Below are positions 19,401-27,530 of a stretch of DNA of 48,984 nucleotides, piece after piece. The notes under the pieces are model-generated. The model was not told the DNA's origin and did no database searches. It saw only the letters and a program-made list of their open reading frames with translations. Positions within the stretch are counted from its first letter, which is position 1. Each line of letters begins with the position of its first letter. Made by a program: the position numbers and the translations under genes. The DNA comes from a virus, in IMG/VR virus record IMGVR_UViG_3300031837_000019; one strand, 5' to 3'.

Positions 19401-21076
19401 GTGTGGCTGCTGCGGGTATTGGTAAGGTCCATGATGCTCTACAAGCCCTAGGTATCACTAAACAAGGGGGTATGTCAGGTAAAGAACCTATTGCTTATCT
19501 TCTAGGCACCTTGAAGGCCATCACATCGGGTGATGCATGGATGAGAGCTGCTACGACATTTACCAATCTTCATGCTCAGACAATGAGAATGGGCAATACT
19601 GCACCCGCAGTTCTCCCCGGTATTGCTGGAGATATAACCACAATACCAACCCGTCTTATTGCCGCTCAGGATGCCTTTTTTAGGGCCATCTCTACTAATG
19701 CACATCTCTATGGTGATGGGATTGCTAAATCATTAAACGAGGGCGGTAATCTTTCGTGGCTTGACCATATGACTCGTGGTATCAGTTATGCTGAGAACCC
19801 TACAGATCAGATGATTGATAAAGCTGCGGATATGGCTAATCGAACTCTTCTTCTCGGTGACAATCCATTTACTAAGTTCCTTGAACGAGGTAAGATGATT
19901 AAGATGGGTGCTGATCCTATTGACAGAGCAATTACTGCACTTATTGATCTAGTTACCCCAGTTATCCGCGTACCAGCTAATGCTCTTCTTACTCGCACTA
20001 TCGCCAGATCTCCGCTTGGTCTTCTGGACCCTGAGACTCGTGCAATGTTTATGGCTGGTGGCCGTCAAGCAGATGTGGCAATTAGTCGTATGATTGTTGG
20101 TACAATGAAGATGGCTATGTTCTATGGAGCAGCTAATGTAGTTGGCGGCGCTCTCACACAAGGCAATAAACGTAAGGAACTAGAGGCTTCTGGATGGCGT
20201 CCCGGATCTGTTGATGAGGGTGATAAGTATTCCACTGGAATTCAACTTCCCGCATCTGCAAATCCATTTGATGTACATAATCAGACTGCTGCAGATATTG
20301 CTAATATGCGAGAAGCATACAGACAGGGGGCCAATGGTGGTCAAGTTGCTGCTGGTCTGATGGCTGCCACAGCCTCTCTCATACATTCGACATTCACTCA
20401 GTTGTGGACCAACGATATCAGTGAAGCTATGGGGATGTTTAGTGATTCTCAACAAGATGCTGGTGCTGTCACACGGACTGCACAAAACATTGTTGGTAAT
20501 GCCGCTGTTCCTGGGGCTGTTGCTCAATTCCGCAACCTTGCTGATCCCAATCAAAGAGACACAATTGACCCAGATAGCCACCTGAATTCCATGGTTAATG
20601 CAGTAAAGAATCGTATTCCTGGTTTGTCTGAATCACTACCGACTAGATATTCGGTCTACGGTGATCCGATGCAGACAGGTACGGCACCTAATGCGTTAGT
20701 TCCCACACATAATTGGGTGACTGGTGGCAATCAACAACAGAAACCGACTGATCCTGCAGAACAAGAACTTAACCGTCTTGCAACTTCAGGTCTCAAAGTC
20801 CAATTGGACAATGGGGATATTCTTGATCTTAGTAAATCTGCTCTTATCACCCCCGTTCAACGAACAGTTAAATTTGATGGAGAACCCACAAGACATCTAA
20901 CTTCAGATGAGTTTGAGCAGTATCAGAAACTTGCTGGAACTAATATAGTAGCGTATGTGCGACAAGAGATGGGTACCCCAGAGTGGCAGAAAATGTCTGA
21001 CCAAGATAAGGTGCTAGAAATTAAAGACATTGAAAAAGACATGAAGAAAGCCGCCAAGGAGGCCCTATTCCAATGA
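16454..21076 (+). CDS. giant internal virion / DNA-ejection (polyvalent-type) protein
   Basis: 1540 aa. N-terminal triple FDPS(T/S)A repeat; HESQH (HExxH) at 18539-18553. Size and position match the last and largest internal protein of podoviruses. Confidence 0.65.
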   Translation: MPFDPSTAQPFDPSSAQSTVGGFDPSSAKPVQPTQDVSVPQAIGNFIGQLGQTAGDLIAGHPNHAPNQMEQGLMGAGQRTGAALDSAVSNNLLFQPVRAAMEWSGQGMDKLKSLYPGQSQQWYQSQLHQVYNQAVINSRQHAQQEQQQVDQQTPGWAGKAGQAALNIGTGLATNPEYMLIPGMAGTGGLASRLAMAGGSNAAIGSASDVAAQAMDMATGVKKNFDIQQNLESAFTAGAFGVGMHGAVEVAPFVKNLFSARGMDTTPSVDPRQSLQLSPMTGDHVAMNAADSMQYHQLLMHGSVDDIKGFFNGRNGPQPSWTDVNDWVEHRDNPPVSTNGVAGVDTSRMPDFDYNTEYNNHAEQQWKEQNRQAVEDHVTQQMSGWKNAPNVEVVHGPEDIADPAQRQGAMDADNGKQLGFFGDDGTVRMYSGRITGEPMANALLFHEGLGHFGLQQAFGDRLDSVIGSLLDRNVNNLNRLTDAWQEANPNAYGGDRTRAAEEVLAEASQRDGNANAQGLGADASGNFKQSWSDALGSTIRQFGRKMGFNIAASDAEVRQVLSMAHDAVINGKGLARDNGYSNGNRYMFIGKDAYGFDDNGPTADLASDGRFRNEIDDSQAKLKDPYWYEKPNQTLGDVLDHPELYKAYPDLKDLPVYPYNKDSRMSGAYGQRGDGSGNYMLINPDRSPDEQLMTALHESQHAIQHIEQYPDMMKQLNVGGSEAMSKEDYLNNMSEKEARITESRKDLTMQQRIDQVPPKYMTSDQFSRTEKDIASEAFDRLADGYDNRSTRSWDDAMDAARDTAINLDKLKRVRGIGDLDKRLFQYDNAAKELNDRLQTSAAKVVSGESLTSEEQAQRIQDVAQFHYVLGRIENDSAQIGRALNAMKAIEFSRNNLLGLKSLLDKYDSSLGPLSDPEVMQKFLMQYSLLGGTKGGQTLAATLNKPGWEKYALTLYRNMILSSVGTHIKAPMDMATGIALDIEDRVAAAGIGKVHDALQALGITKQGGMSGKEPIAYLLGTLKAITSGDAWMRAATTFTNLHAQTMRMGNTAPAVLPGIAGDITTIPTRLIAAQDAFFRAISTNAHLYGDGIAKSLNEGGNLSWLDHMTRGISYAENPTDQMIDKAADMANRTLLLGDNPFTKFLERGKMIKMGADPIDRAITALIDLVTPVIRVPANALLTRTIARSPLGLLDPETRAMFMAGGRQADVAISRMIVGTMKMAMFYGAANVVGGALTQGNKRKELEASGWRPGSVDEGDKYSTGIQLPASANPFDVHNQTAADIANMREAYRQGANGGQVAAGLMAATASLIHSTFTQLWTNDISEAMGMFSDSQQDAGAVTRTAQNIVGNAAVPGAVAQFRNLADPNQRDTIDPDSHLNSMVNAVKNRIPGLSESLPTRYSVYGDPMQTGTAPNALVPTHNWVTGGNQQQKPTDPAEQELNRLATSGLKVQLDNGDILDLSKSALITPVQRTVKFDGEPTRHLTSDEFEQYQKLAGTNIVAYVRQEMGTPEWQKMSDQDKVLEIKDIEKDMKKAAKEALFQ

Positions 21077-21249
21077 GACATCCGTTATTTATTCCACTCG
21101 ATGTTGCAGCATGGGTAGGAATCGTTGGTTCTTCCATGCATGCATTTCCTCAAGAAGCCTCTGGGGTTGCTACACTTCTTGGTGGTGCGTATTATGCCAT
21201 TATGATTGTAGATTACTTCCTAAAGCGGAGTAAAACACATGACAAGTAA
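21073..21249 (+). CDS. holin candidate (58 aa, not in the ORF track)
   Basis: ATG overlaps the stop of the giant gene (ATGA). MRHPLFIPLDVAAWVGIVGSSMHAFPQEASGVATLLGGAYYAIMIVDYFLKRSKTHDK has two hydrophobic segments and a basic tail. Overlaps the endolysin start. Confidence 0.55.
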   Translation: MRHPLFIPLDVAAWVGIVGSSMHAFPQEASGVATLLGGAYYAIMIVDYFLKRSKTHDK

Positions 21250-21694
21250 TTATCTTGTACCTGATCTTCAGAGAGATGAGGCACATGTAGGGGAACCTGA
21301 TCTAAAGGCTTATCCTGATCCCGGTACTGGGGGACCTCCTTGGACCATTGGTTATGGCCACACTGGGCGGGAGGTTCACCCAGGGCTCATTTGGACAGTG
21401 GCACAATGTAATGTTGCTCTTCTGTCTGATATTCAATCGGTCTGTACTGGTCTTGATACAGCGATTCCGTGGTGGAGAAGTCTTGACGATCTAAGGCAAG
21501 ATTGTTTAGTTAACATCGCATTTAATCTTGGTGTTCATGGTCTTCTTGAATTTAATACATTTCTTGCGTATATGCGAGCTAAACTATTCAATCATGCCGC
21601 TCTTGATCTAATGGGTACGCTATGGTATCGTCAAGTAGGGGATAGAGCTAAGAGAATTCATGATCAAATCTTAACTGGAGTACATCAACAATGA
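21239..21694 (+). CDS. endolysin, T4-type lysozyme (GH24-like)
   Basis: LQRDEA..AYPDPGTGGPPWTIGYGHTG gives the E..D..T catalytic pattern of phage lysozymes. Confidence 0.8.
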   Translation: MTSNYLVPDLQRDEAHVGEPDLKAYPDPGTGGPPWTIGYGHTGREVHPGLIWTVAQCNVALLSDIQSVCTGLDTAIPWWRSLDDLRQDCLVNIAFNLGVHGLLEFNTFLAYMRAKLFNHAALDLMGTLWYRQVGDRAKRIHDQILTGVHQQ

Positions 21695-22167
21695 AGAAAC
21701 TTCTCAGTATCGTCGGACTAGTTTCTGGTCTTCTTTTAGGTCTTACTACAGCTGTACCAGCAGCCCCCACAGGTGCTCCTTGGCCAGCTATTGAGTGTAG
21801 TAATCCTTGTATTATTGAGGACGATGGTGGAGGGATTATCGATCTGTACCAAGCTCAAGCACGCCAGATGGCTGCTGGACATACATCCGTAATAGTCGAT
21901 GGGCCATGTATGTCTGCCTGTACTATTTTTATAGACATTGATCGTAATAATGTCTGCCTAACAGACCGAGCACTGTTAGGTTATCACAAAAGCCGGTTGG
22001 AAGACGATACTGGTAAAGTTACTTTCGGTGAAATCGACTATGAAACACCCGGCTTAAATAAGTACATCGAAGATCATGGTGGTCTTCCCGACCCCGATAG
22101 CGGTCATTTACTGATGCTTAATTCGTATGAGGCATCTAAATTCTATAGGAGCTGTGCAATAAAATGA
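21691..22167 (+). CDS. secreted or membrane-anchored protein, possible lysis accessory
   Basis: N-terminal MKKLLSIVGLVSGLLLGLTTAVPAAP signal/anchor; lies directly after the endolysin gene. Confidence 0.5.
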   Translation: MKKLLSIVGLVSGLLLGLTTAVPAAPTGAPWPAIECSNPCIIEDDGGGIIDLYQAQARQMAAGHTSVIVDGPCMSACTIFIDIDRNNVCLTDRALLGYHKSRLEDDTGKVTFGEIDYETPGLNKYIEDHGGLPDPDSGHLLMLNSYEASKFYRSCAIK

Positions 22168-22436
22168 TGGCACCAAGACCAATGAAACCACCTAATATGC
22201 CCCAGATGAAAATGGTTAAACCAAACTACAGTCAACGAACACCTGCCTTCAATGATCAGCATTTTACAGATGGCCCTAGAGAGCCCACAATTGGCTCAAC
22301 ACAGGCTTCATTTAATCCTGGCCAGAATGCCTCGGCTCTTCCTAATGGGCCTCCTAGGTACATCCAGCCGCCCGGACAGAGGGTATTTCCTGGTAAGGGC
22401 CTAACAAACAAACGAATCGGTAATACTACAATTTAA
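22164..22436 (+). CDS. hypothetical Pro-rich protein
   Basis: 90-aa ORF, the last gene of the + arm before the terminator. Confidence 0.4.
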   Translation: MMAPRPMKPPNMPQMKMVKPNYSQRTPAFNDQHFTDGPREPTIGSTQASFNPGQNASALPNGPPRYIQPPGQRVFPGKGLTNKRIGNTTI

Positions 22437-22448
22437 AGATACAAAAAT

Positions 22449-22480
22449 AGCCCCGCCGGGAATTTCTTCCTAGCGGGGCT
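22449..22480. terminator. bidirectional rho-independent terminator between the convergent arms
   Basis: AGCCCCGC..(GGAA-tttc-TTCC)..GCGGGGCT stem with an A tract upstream (acaaaaat) and a T tract downstream (ttcgtttat). Confidence 0.8.
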
Positions 22481-22493
22481 TTCGTTTATCTAA

Positions 22494-22823
22494 TTACAGT
22501 GAATGAATCGCCAGGGCCAATAGACCTTGAAGAAGAGTAGAACCGATAGATTTAGCATCGGTGATCAAATCCTGACCTTGAGTCTCAGCCCATTCGAGGA
22601 AGTCTTGTTCCACTGTCTCCAGAGGAGTACCGGTAAGAACTTCCTTCTCAACAGTCTCAAGATAATCGTCAAAGGATGTTACAACATTACTAATGACATC
22701 TGGTACCTGCTTGAACACCGTCTCAACGATAGACCAAACAGCCTCACCTTCATGCTCAACTTCATCCTCAAGCCACGTACCAGCAGCCTTCAGATCATTC
22801 TCAATGGATTGAATAAGGGACAT
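22494..22823 (-). CDS. acidic protein with hydrophobic C-terminal segment
   Basis: 109-aa D/E-rich ORF ending in LLQGLLALAIHSL; last gene of the - arm. Confidence 0.5.
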   Translation of the reverse strand: MSLIQSIENDLKAAGTWLEDEVEHEGEAVWSIVETVFKQVPDVISNVVTSFDDYLETVEKEVLTGTPLETVEQDFLEWAETQGQDLITDAKSIGSTLLQGLLALAIHSL

Positions 22824-22825
22824 TA

Positions 22826-23119
22826 TTAGCTAACCTTTGCTTGTACTGCAGCCGCTTCAGGAGAACCCGGAGTGGCAGCCAGAGCTTGTTTGAATAGGGT
22901 CTGAACTGAGTTATGTTGAAGATAACTAAAGACGGCAGGAATAATAACAAATGCAGACGAGACAAGGTAGTACAAGGCACCCTCAAGCTGGGTTGGATCA
23001 ACTTGCTTGGAGACACCAAGAGCACCCAGAGCTCCTCCAACAGCGGGAAGGGCATTACGCGCCTGACTAAGTACAACAGACTTAATCAAACCTTCAACAA
23101 TATTACTAATTACGGACAT
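22826..23119 (-). CDS. small membrane protein
   Basis: 97 aa with hydrophobic segments (ALPAVGGALGALGV; YYLVSSAFVIIPAVFSY). Confidence 0.5.
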   Translation of the reverse strand: MSVISNIVEGLIKSVVLSQARNALPAVGGALGALGVSKQVDPTQLEGALYYLVSSAFVIIPAVFSYLQHNSVQTLFKQALAATPGSPEAAAVQAKVS

Positions 23120-23130
23120 TTAGTTCCTCC

Positions 23131-25029
23131 TTAAGTTATCTCACAGAAGCCAGAAACACATGCGTATTCCTGACTACCGGTTGTTGTATCTTCTTTTTCA
23201 TATTCTTGAAGTCTTTGCCAATCAATTGACTCTGGCATACGAGTCACCCACTCATCATATTCTTCTTTATTTATCTCCTGATAAGGAGCTTGTCGGTAAG
23301 TATGCTCTGAATAAGGGAGGAAAGCGACTCCCGATAGGATATCGAAATTAGACCACACCCAATCAGCAACACCAATCCACTCAGACTCTCGAACATTAAC
23401 AGTAATAGATGGTTTATGTTCACACCAATGCTCCTGAACATTCTTCCAGATTTCTAAATGATTTTTAGCAGGCAAGGCTTCCCGGAATAGAGCATCAGTT
23501 GGCGCACATTGGGGGAAAGAGAAGACCACGGTAGAGTCAGGATTGGTGTGGTCTCGTTCGTATGGGACATCTTGATCAATGAGGAACTGGGTGAGAGGGT
23601 CTTTGATATCCCCGCGAACAGTTCGTATGTAGTAGGGACTATGGCGAGGATGAATGCCAGAAGCGCAGTCCACCAACTGGGAGACTGTCCCGGAAGGTTT
23701 AACACAAGTGATAGCGACAGACTGCTGAATCCCAAGTTCCTTAGCCAGTTTAGCATTGGTCTCAATAGCTACGAGTCGAAGATGGTCGAGCCAGTCACAA
23801 CCCTCACCAGCTCTTCCGAGGATTGGATGGTCGAGGATGCCTGTAAGCGAGACGCCAAGTAGACGTTCCTCTTCAGTATTTTTCCTCCAGATATGTCTGA
23901 GATATTTAAACTCAGTGAGAGTGGATTGAAAGGTCCCAAGACAGGTGGCCAATCGCACTTTTCGTTCCAGGGCTCGAAGGTCATCATCAGGTCGAACAAC
24001 GACTTCCGAAAGATTACAGAACTGAAACGGTCGAAGAATGATTTCACTGCAGGGATTTGTTCCAAAATCATAACTGATGTTTCTTCGCCCATTTCGAGCA
24101 GCCTGTCGCACACTAGCTGTGCGACTAAATACTCCTCTTTCTCCACTTTTTGAGTCGTAAAGAGATTTCCACTCGCGTAGAAACTCTCCGACGGTTGGTC
24201 TTCCCAAGTACACCGCAGAGTTATTAGATAAGCCTCGTTGTCCATTGTGCTCCCACCAAGCTCCGTGCTTGGCATATCGCATCTCCTCATTGTTAAGATC
24301 AGATAATGAAATCATCGCCGACCTACGTACGCCACCAACCACTACAACCTCTGCGATCTTACAGAGAATATCATGGCACTCTAAAGATGATAGTTTACGT
24401 CCTCTAGCTCGGCCAATAATTCCTGTAAGGTAACTAAATAGCTCGATAAGTGGCTCAGGTCCCGAAGCACGACCCCCAAAAGTCTTGAGTCTAGCTCCCG
24501 CAGGCCGAACCTTCCCGATGTCCCATTTTGGCTGATACCCTGCATAAAGGTAATCAATGACATGTCGGAGTGATATCGCCCATCCCTCTTTAGAATCGGG
24601 AACTGTAACAGTAGGTTGATCTTCTCCAACAATTGATTCACCAACTGTTGGGAGTTGACTGACATACTTATCCTCCACACTAAATCCGACACCAGTCCCA
24701 CACATTAGTATATACATGGCCTCGTCAAATGCCCGAAGATTATCCACTACCATATAAGCACAATTGTAACCTGCAACATGAGTTCTGTCAAGAGCTGGTC
24801 CTGCAGTCATAAGACACCTCATGCTGGGCATCACTTCGAGATCAATGATTGCAGACTTAATGTCGTGGTACATTTCAGCGGGCATTTCCCATTGATGTTT
24901 ATCAATGAGATGGGTAAACATCCAAGATGTATAACGACTTACAACCTCTTCCCAGGTCTCCCGCCTTTGTTCGTCTTCAAGCCATCGGCTATAGCGACTA
25001 TATGCAATAAATCTTTGATAATCTTTCAA
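23131..25029 (-). CDS. nrdJ: ribonucleotide reductase, class II (B12-dependent) type
   Basis: 632-aa single chain. TNPCSEIIL..FQFCNLSEV active-site loop motifs. No separate small-subunit gene is seen. Confidence 0.85.
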   Translation of the reverse strand: MKDYQRFIAYSRYSRWLEDEQRRETWEEVVSRYTSWMFTHLIDKHQWEMPAEMYHDIKSAIIDLEVMPSMRCLMTAGPALDRTHVAGYNCAYMVVDNLRAFDEAMYILMCGTGVGFSVEDKYVSQLPTVGESIVGEDQPTVTVPDSKEGWAISLRHVIDYLYAGYQPKWDIGKVRPAGARLKTFGGRASGPEPLIELFSYLTGIIGRARGRKLSSLECHDILCKIAEVVVVGGVRRSAMISLSDLNNEEMRYAKHGAWWEHNGQRGLSNNSAVYLGRPTVGEFLREWKSLYDSKSGERGVFSRTASVRQAARNGRRNISYDFGTNPCSEIILRPFQFCNLSEVVVRPDDDLRALERKVRLATCLGTFQSTLTEFKYLRHIWRKNTEEERLLGVSLTGILDHPILGRAGEGCDWLDHLRLVAIETNAKLAKELGIQQSVAITCVKPSGTVSQLVDCASGIHPRHSPYYIRTVRGDIKDPLTQFLIDQDVPYERDHTNPDSTVVFSFPQCAPTDALFREALPAKNHLEIWKNVQEHWCEHKPSITVNVRESEWIGVADWVWSNFDILSGVAFLPYSEHTYRQAPYQEINKEEYDEWVTRMPESIDWQRLQEYEKEDTTTGSQEYACVSGFCEIT

Positions 25030-25361
25030 GTAATTTCTCGTACCTCCACAGCAGCCTCTCTGGCTATTCTCTTCATATGTGCTGTTCCTCGTCCGCCAGG
25101 AAAGGCTATAACTAGGTCGGGGTGTTCATGGTCCAACATTTGTTGATTACGAATAAGACCCGCTGCTTTACCATATAAATCCCAATTAGCAGGATAGATT
25201 TTTACCGGATTACCATATTGTTTAGCGTACTGAATCGCTAATGTGTCAGCACCTTTAGCAGCTCCACTAATTATAGTAAACCTTCCTTCAATTTGATTTA
25301 GAGTATCTTCGAGTTTAACATAATCATTAAAATCTCTACCACCACAGATTAGAATTTTCAA
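25026..25361 (-). CDS. SLOG/DUF2493-like Rossmann-fold protein
   Basis: ICGGRDF..ISGAAKGADTLA..GLIRNQQML..AFPGGRGTAHM pattern, recalled from DUF2493 (YspA-type) proteins. TTG start. Confidence 0.6.
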   Translation of the reverse strand: MKILICGGRDFNDYVKLEDTLNQIEGRFTIISGAAKGADTLAIQYAKQYGNPVKIYPANWDLYGKAAGLIRNQQMLDHEHPDLVIAFPGGRGTAHMKRIAREAAVEVREIT

Positions 25362-25522
25362 TCAATTAAATCCTCTAATTCGTCGATATCCTCTGAACGC
25401 TTCAAATGTATCACTCTTTGTCTGTATTTAGGTGAATGTAAATCACGAGCGATCTCATTCCTTTGATATTGACGTCTTGCTCGACGCTTCTCTTTTTCCT
25501 GGAACTTGTTCATCCCGGTCAT
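25358..25522 (-). CDS. small basic protein (54 aa, not in the ORF track)
   Basis: MTGMNKFQEKEKRRARRQYQRNEIARDLHSPKYRQRVIHLKRSEDIDELEDLID. Its stop overlaps the next start. More protein-like than the overlapping 70-aa track ORF. Confidence 0.5.
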   Translation of the reverse strand: MTGMNKFQEKEKRRARRQYQRNEIARDLHSPKYRQRVIHLKRSEDIDELEDLID

Positions 25523-25561
25523 GTTTAGTATCTTTCAGTGTTACCTCAATCTGATAAAGAA

Positions 25562-25587
25562 GGAGACTGAGATGTGCCTCAGTCTCC
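25562..25587 (-). terminator. intrinsic terminator-like hairpin inside the - arm
   Basis: Perfect 10-bp stem GGAGACTGAG/CTCAGTCTCC with a 6-nt loop, followed on the - strand by TTCTTTAT. Confidence 0.55.
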
Positions 25588-25608
25588 CTCAATACTTTAT
25601 CTACAGCT

Positions 25609-25986
25609 TTAAGCTGCTGTCTTAACTTCTTGGTTGATTTCGCCAAGTTTCCACACCTGAAGATCAAGAAATTCAGCTAAAGAGTGTTCAGTTCGAGCAC
25701 CCTTAGAAGCACTCCATCCTGGTAGAAGAGCAATGGTATCTGCTTCATTAATAATATACATTAGATCATCAGTAATTGCAAGTCTGCGATCAAAACCTTT
25801 AGCCTCAGCTTCTTTAAGATCACCAGTCTCTGATCGACTGTAGTCTTCACCATCCCGTTCAATATCACGACGAGCCGGGTTAAAGACAGTATGTCCATGA
25901 CCTTTAAGGTATTCTTCAGCGGCAAAGAATGCCGGGAAATTAAAATCTTTATACCCAGTCATAGGACCAGCTAGGTAGACTTTCAT
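25609..25986 (-). CDS. nucleoside 2-deoxyribosyltransferase-like protein (DUF4406-type)
   Basis: MKVYLAGPMTG..FNFPAF...A..L...GH.V.NP matches the DUF4406/NDT-like N-terminal pattern. Confidence 0.6.
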   Translation of the reverse strand: MKVYLAGPMTGYKDFNFPAFFAAEEYLKGHGHTVFNPARRDIERDGEDYSRSETGDLKEAEAKGFDRRLAITDDLMYIINEADTIALLPGWSASKGARTEHSLAEFLDLQVWKLGEINQEVKTAA

Positions 25987-26330
25987 TTTTGTCTCTCTGA
26001 ATTAGCGAGTATTAATTCAAATCTCGCGAGGGCGTTCCATGCAACGTGAGCAGCATGGGGAAGTCCAGAATCAAGGTCCACAATTTCTCCCGATGCTTCT
26101 GCTGCAAGGTGTCGTACCATTGCATCAGTGTATCTATTAAGTCCATCATCGACATATCGCCAACCGTCCCAGGCATATTTAGTTGCTCCGAAAGCTGAGA
26201 CGGAAGATACTCCAGAAATTGCTTTCGGGAAGTAGCCAAGCCCTCCGCGATAGATTGGAGCTTTTCCGGCGTCATCTTTCCGAGCCCCAGCAATACCTTC
26301 TGACGGGTCACCTGTAACCTCTCTACTCAA
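25983..26330 (-). CDS. DUF5664-type protein (possible dNTP pyrophosphohydrolase-like domain)
   Basis: KDDAGKAP..GATKY..WRY...Y.DAMVRHL..E..GE.VDLDSGLPHAAHVAWNALARFEL matches my recollection of the DUF5664 pattern; needs a profile check. Confidence 0.5.
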   Translation of the reverse strand: MSREVTGDPSEGIAGARKDDAGKAPIYRGGLGYFPKAISGVSSVSAFGATKYAWDGWRYVDDGLNRYTDAMVRHLAAEASGEIVDLDSGLPHAAHVAWNALARFELILANSERQK

Positions 26331-26472
26331 ATCTAAGTTCCTCCGTTGGAACTATTGTGTATCCATGTCTTTCTAGTGTGTTCATGAAGACTTCAGCATC
26401 AATATCCGCTTGACCATCAAACTCACCCGCTTCAAAGAATGCAGCATAAATAGCTTCAGTAATTGAATTCAC
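26323..26472 (-). CDS. small acidic hypothetical protein
   Basis: GTG at 26472, 2 nt before the end of the upstream stop codon. Encodes about 49 aa ending HGYTIVPTEELRFE. The track ORF start (26619) lies inside the exonuclease gene. Confidence 0.4.
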   Translation of the reverse strand: MNSITEAIYAAFFEAGEFDGQADIDAEVFMNTLERHGYTIVPTEELRFE

Positions 26473-26473
26473 A

Positions 26474-27184
26474 TTACACCTTTGTTCGAGCACCAGTAGA
26501 CCACGATCCACAATCATTACACTGTAGACGTTGAACTTTGAAGAACTTAGTTCTACGATGACCTCTAAGCTGAACACTCTTAGACCCACAAACACCACAC
26601 TCACCTCGGTTATCACCAAGATGTGGATGATTGTCTATGAATGGCTTAATACGATCATAGAGTTTGACTAGAAGCTTAACATCTTGAATGCAGTACTTTT
26701 GCATACGTTGACGAGCTTTCTCATTACCTTCGAGTACAGATCGCCAAAGCATAAAACCTTCATGTTTTGTCTTACCGCCAATACCGAATAGTGGTCCGAT
26801 AAATGCAAGACGGTTCATGACAAAACCAAACTTCTTAACAGCTTTAATTAGATCAATTGATGTTGCAGGAGGCGGAGGATTAAGTCCAGCAAGAATAATA
26901 CATCCACGAAGTTTAGGAAGATCGTATTTATCTCCGTTGTATGTAACAATTGCATTAGCTTCTGTTAGGAGCTCAAGAGCCGCTTTCGCCATACCATCTT
27001 GACCATGTTCCCATTCGGAGAAGAATTGATACTCTTTCTCCCCGTCCCAATGAGCACAAAAACAAAGCAGACCACCATCATCAATCAATTGTTCGGGACT
27101 AACATTTTCATCCCACATACGCCAAACATAAGCTGTTGCAGGCTTCCACTCTATGTCCAGCATGAGAAGTTTATCTTGTTTCAT
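26474..27184 (-). CDS. DEDD-family 3'-5' exonuclease with C-terminal zinc ribbon
   Basis: LMLDIEW (Exo I DxE), YCIQDV (YxxxD), C-terminal CGVCGS..CNDCGS. Confidence 0.7.
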   Translation of the reverse strand: MKQDKLLMLDIEWKPATAYVWRMWDENVSPEQLIDDGGLLCFCAHWDGEKEYQFFSEWEHGQDGMAKAALELLTEANAIVTYNGDKYDLPKLRGCIILAGLNPPPPATSIDLIKAVKKFGFVMNRLAFIGPLFGIGGKTKHEGFMLWRSVLEGNEKARQRMQKYCIQDVKLLVKLYDRIKPFIDNHPHLGDNRGECGVCGSKSVQLRGHRRTKFFKVQRLQCNDCGSWSTGARTKV

Positions 27185-27530
27185 TAAACCATTTCTCCGG
27201 TGCTACGCCTTCAGCCCAGCGGAAACCGTTCCGTTCGGCCCACTGAGCGTGAGTTTGTTTCGTTCCGGCGATCTTCTTATGCGGATACATAAAAACGAAC
27301 CTAATATCAATGTCAGGGTGTTGTCGCTTCACAGCGAGCATTTTAGCTTTACTATCTCTATCCAATCGACCTTTAGTCTCAATAAAGAAACCGTGATCTA
27401 TAATCTCAAAGTCGGGGAAATAATTACGTTCGAGAGTATATGGAATACCTATACTCTCATACTTAAACTTGATTCCCCGAGACTTTAGATTAGCTTGGAA
27501 AGAGCGTTCAAAGCCGCTCTTTAAGGCCAT
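27171..27530 (-). CDS. T7-type endonuclease I (Holliday junction resolvase)
   Basis: SGFERSF...LKSRGIKFKYES..IPYT....YFPDF......FIETKG......K.......QHPDIDIRFVF closely parallels T7 gp3. Confidence 0.85.
   Translation of the reverse strand: MALKSGFERSFQANLKSRGIKFKYESIGIPYTLERNYFPDFEIIDHGFFIETKGRLDRDSKAKMLAVKRQHPDIDIRFVFMYPHKKIAGTKQTHAQWAERNGFRWAEGVAPEKWFNETR

Noticed and set aside
25358-25522. ArfA-like ribosome rescue factor
   Set aside because: SPKYRQRV weakly recalls the ArfA FRQRVE segment, but the following KGKGSY-type motif is absent. The resemblance is too weak to call.
25455-25667. 70-aa - strand ORF
   Set aside because: It overlaps the end of the NDT-like gene and reads straight through the 10-bp terminator-like hairpin. 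The 54-aa ORF at 25358-25522 in another frame is coupled to the next gene and looks more protein-like.
25983-26330. 2-aminoadenine (Z-genome) pathway
   Set aside because: A DUF5664-like dNTP-pyrophosphatase-type domain is present, but no PurZ (adenylosuccinate synthetase-like) ORF was seen anywhere in the window.
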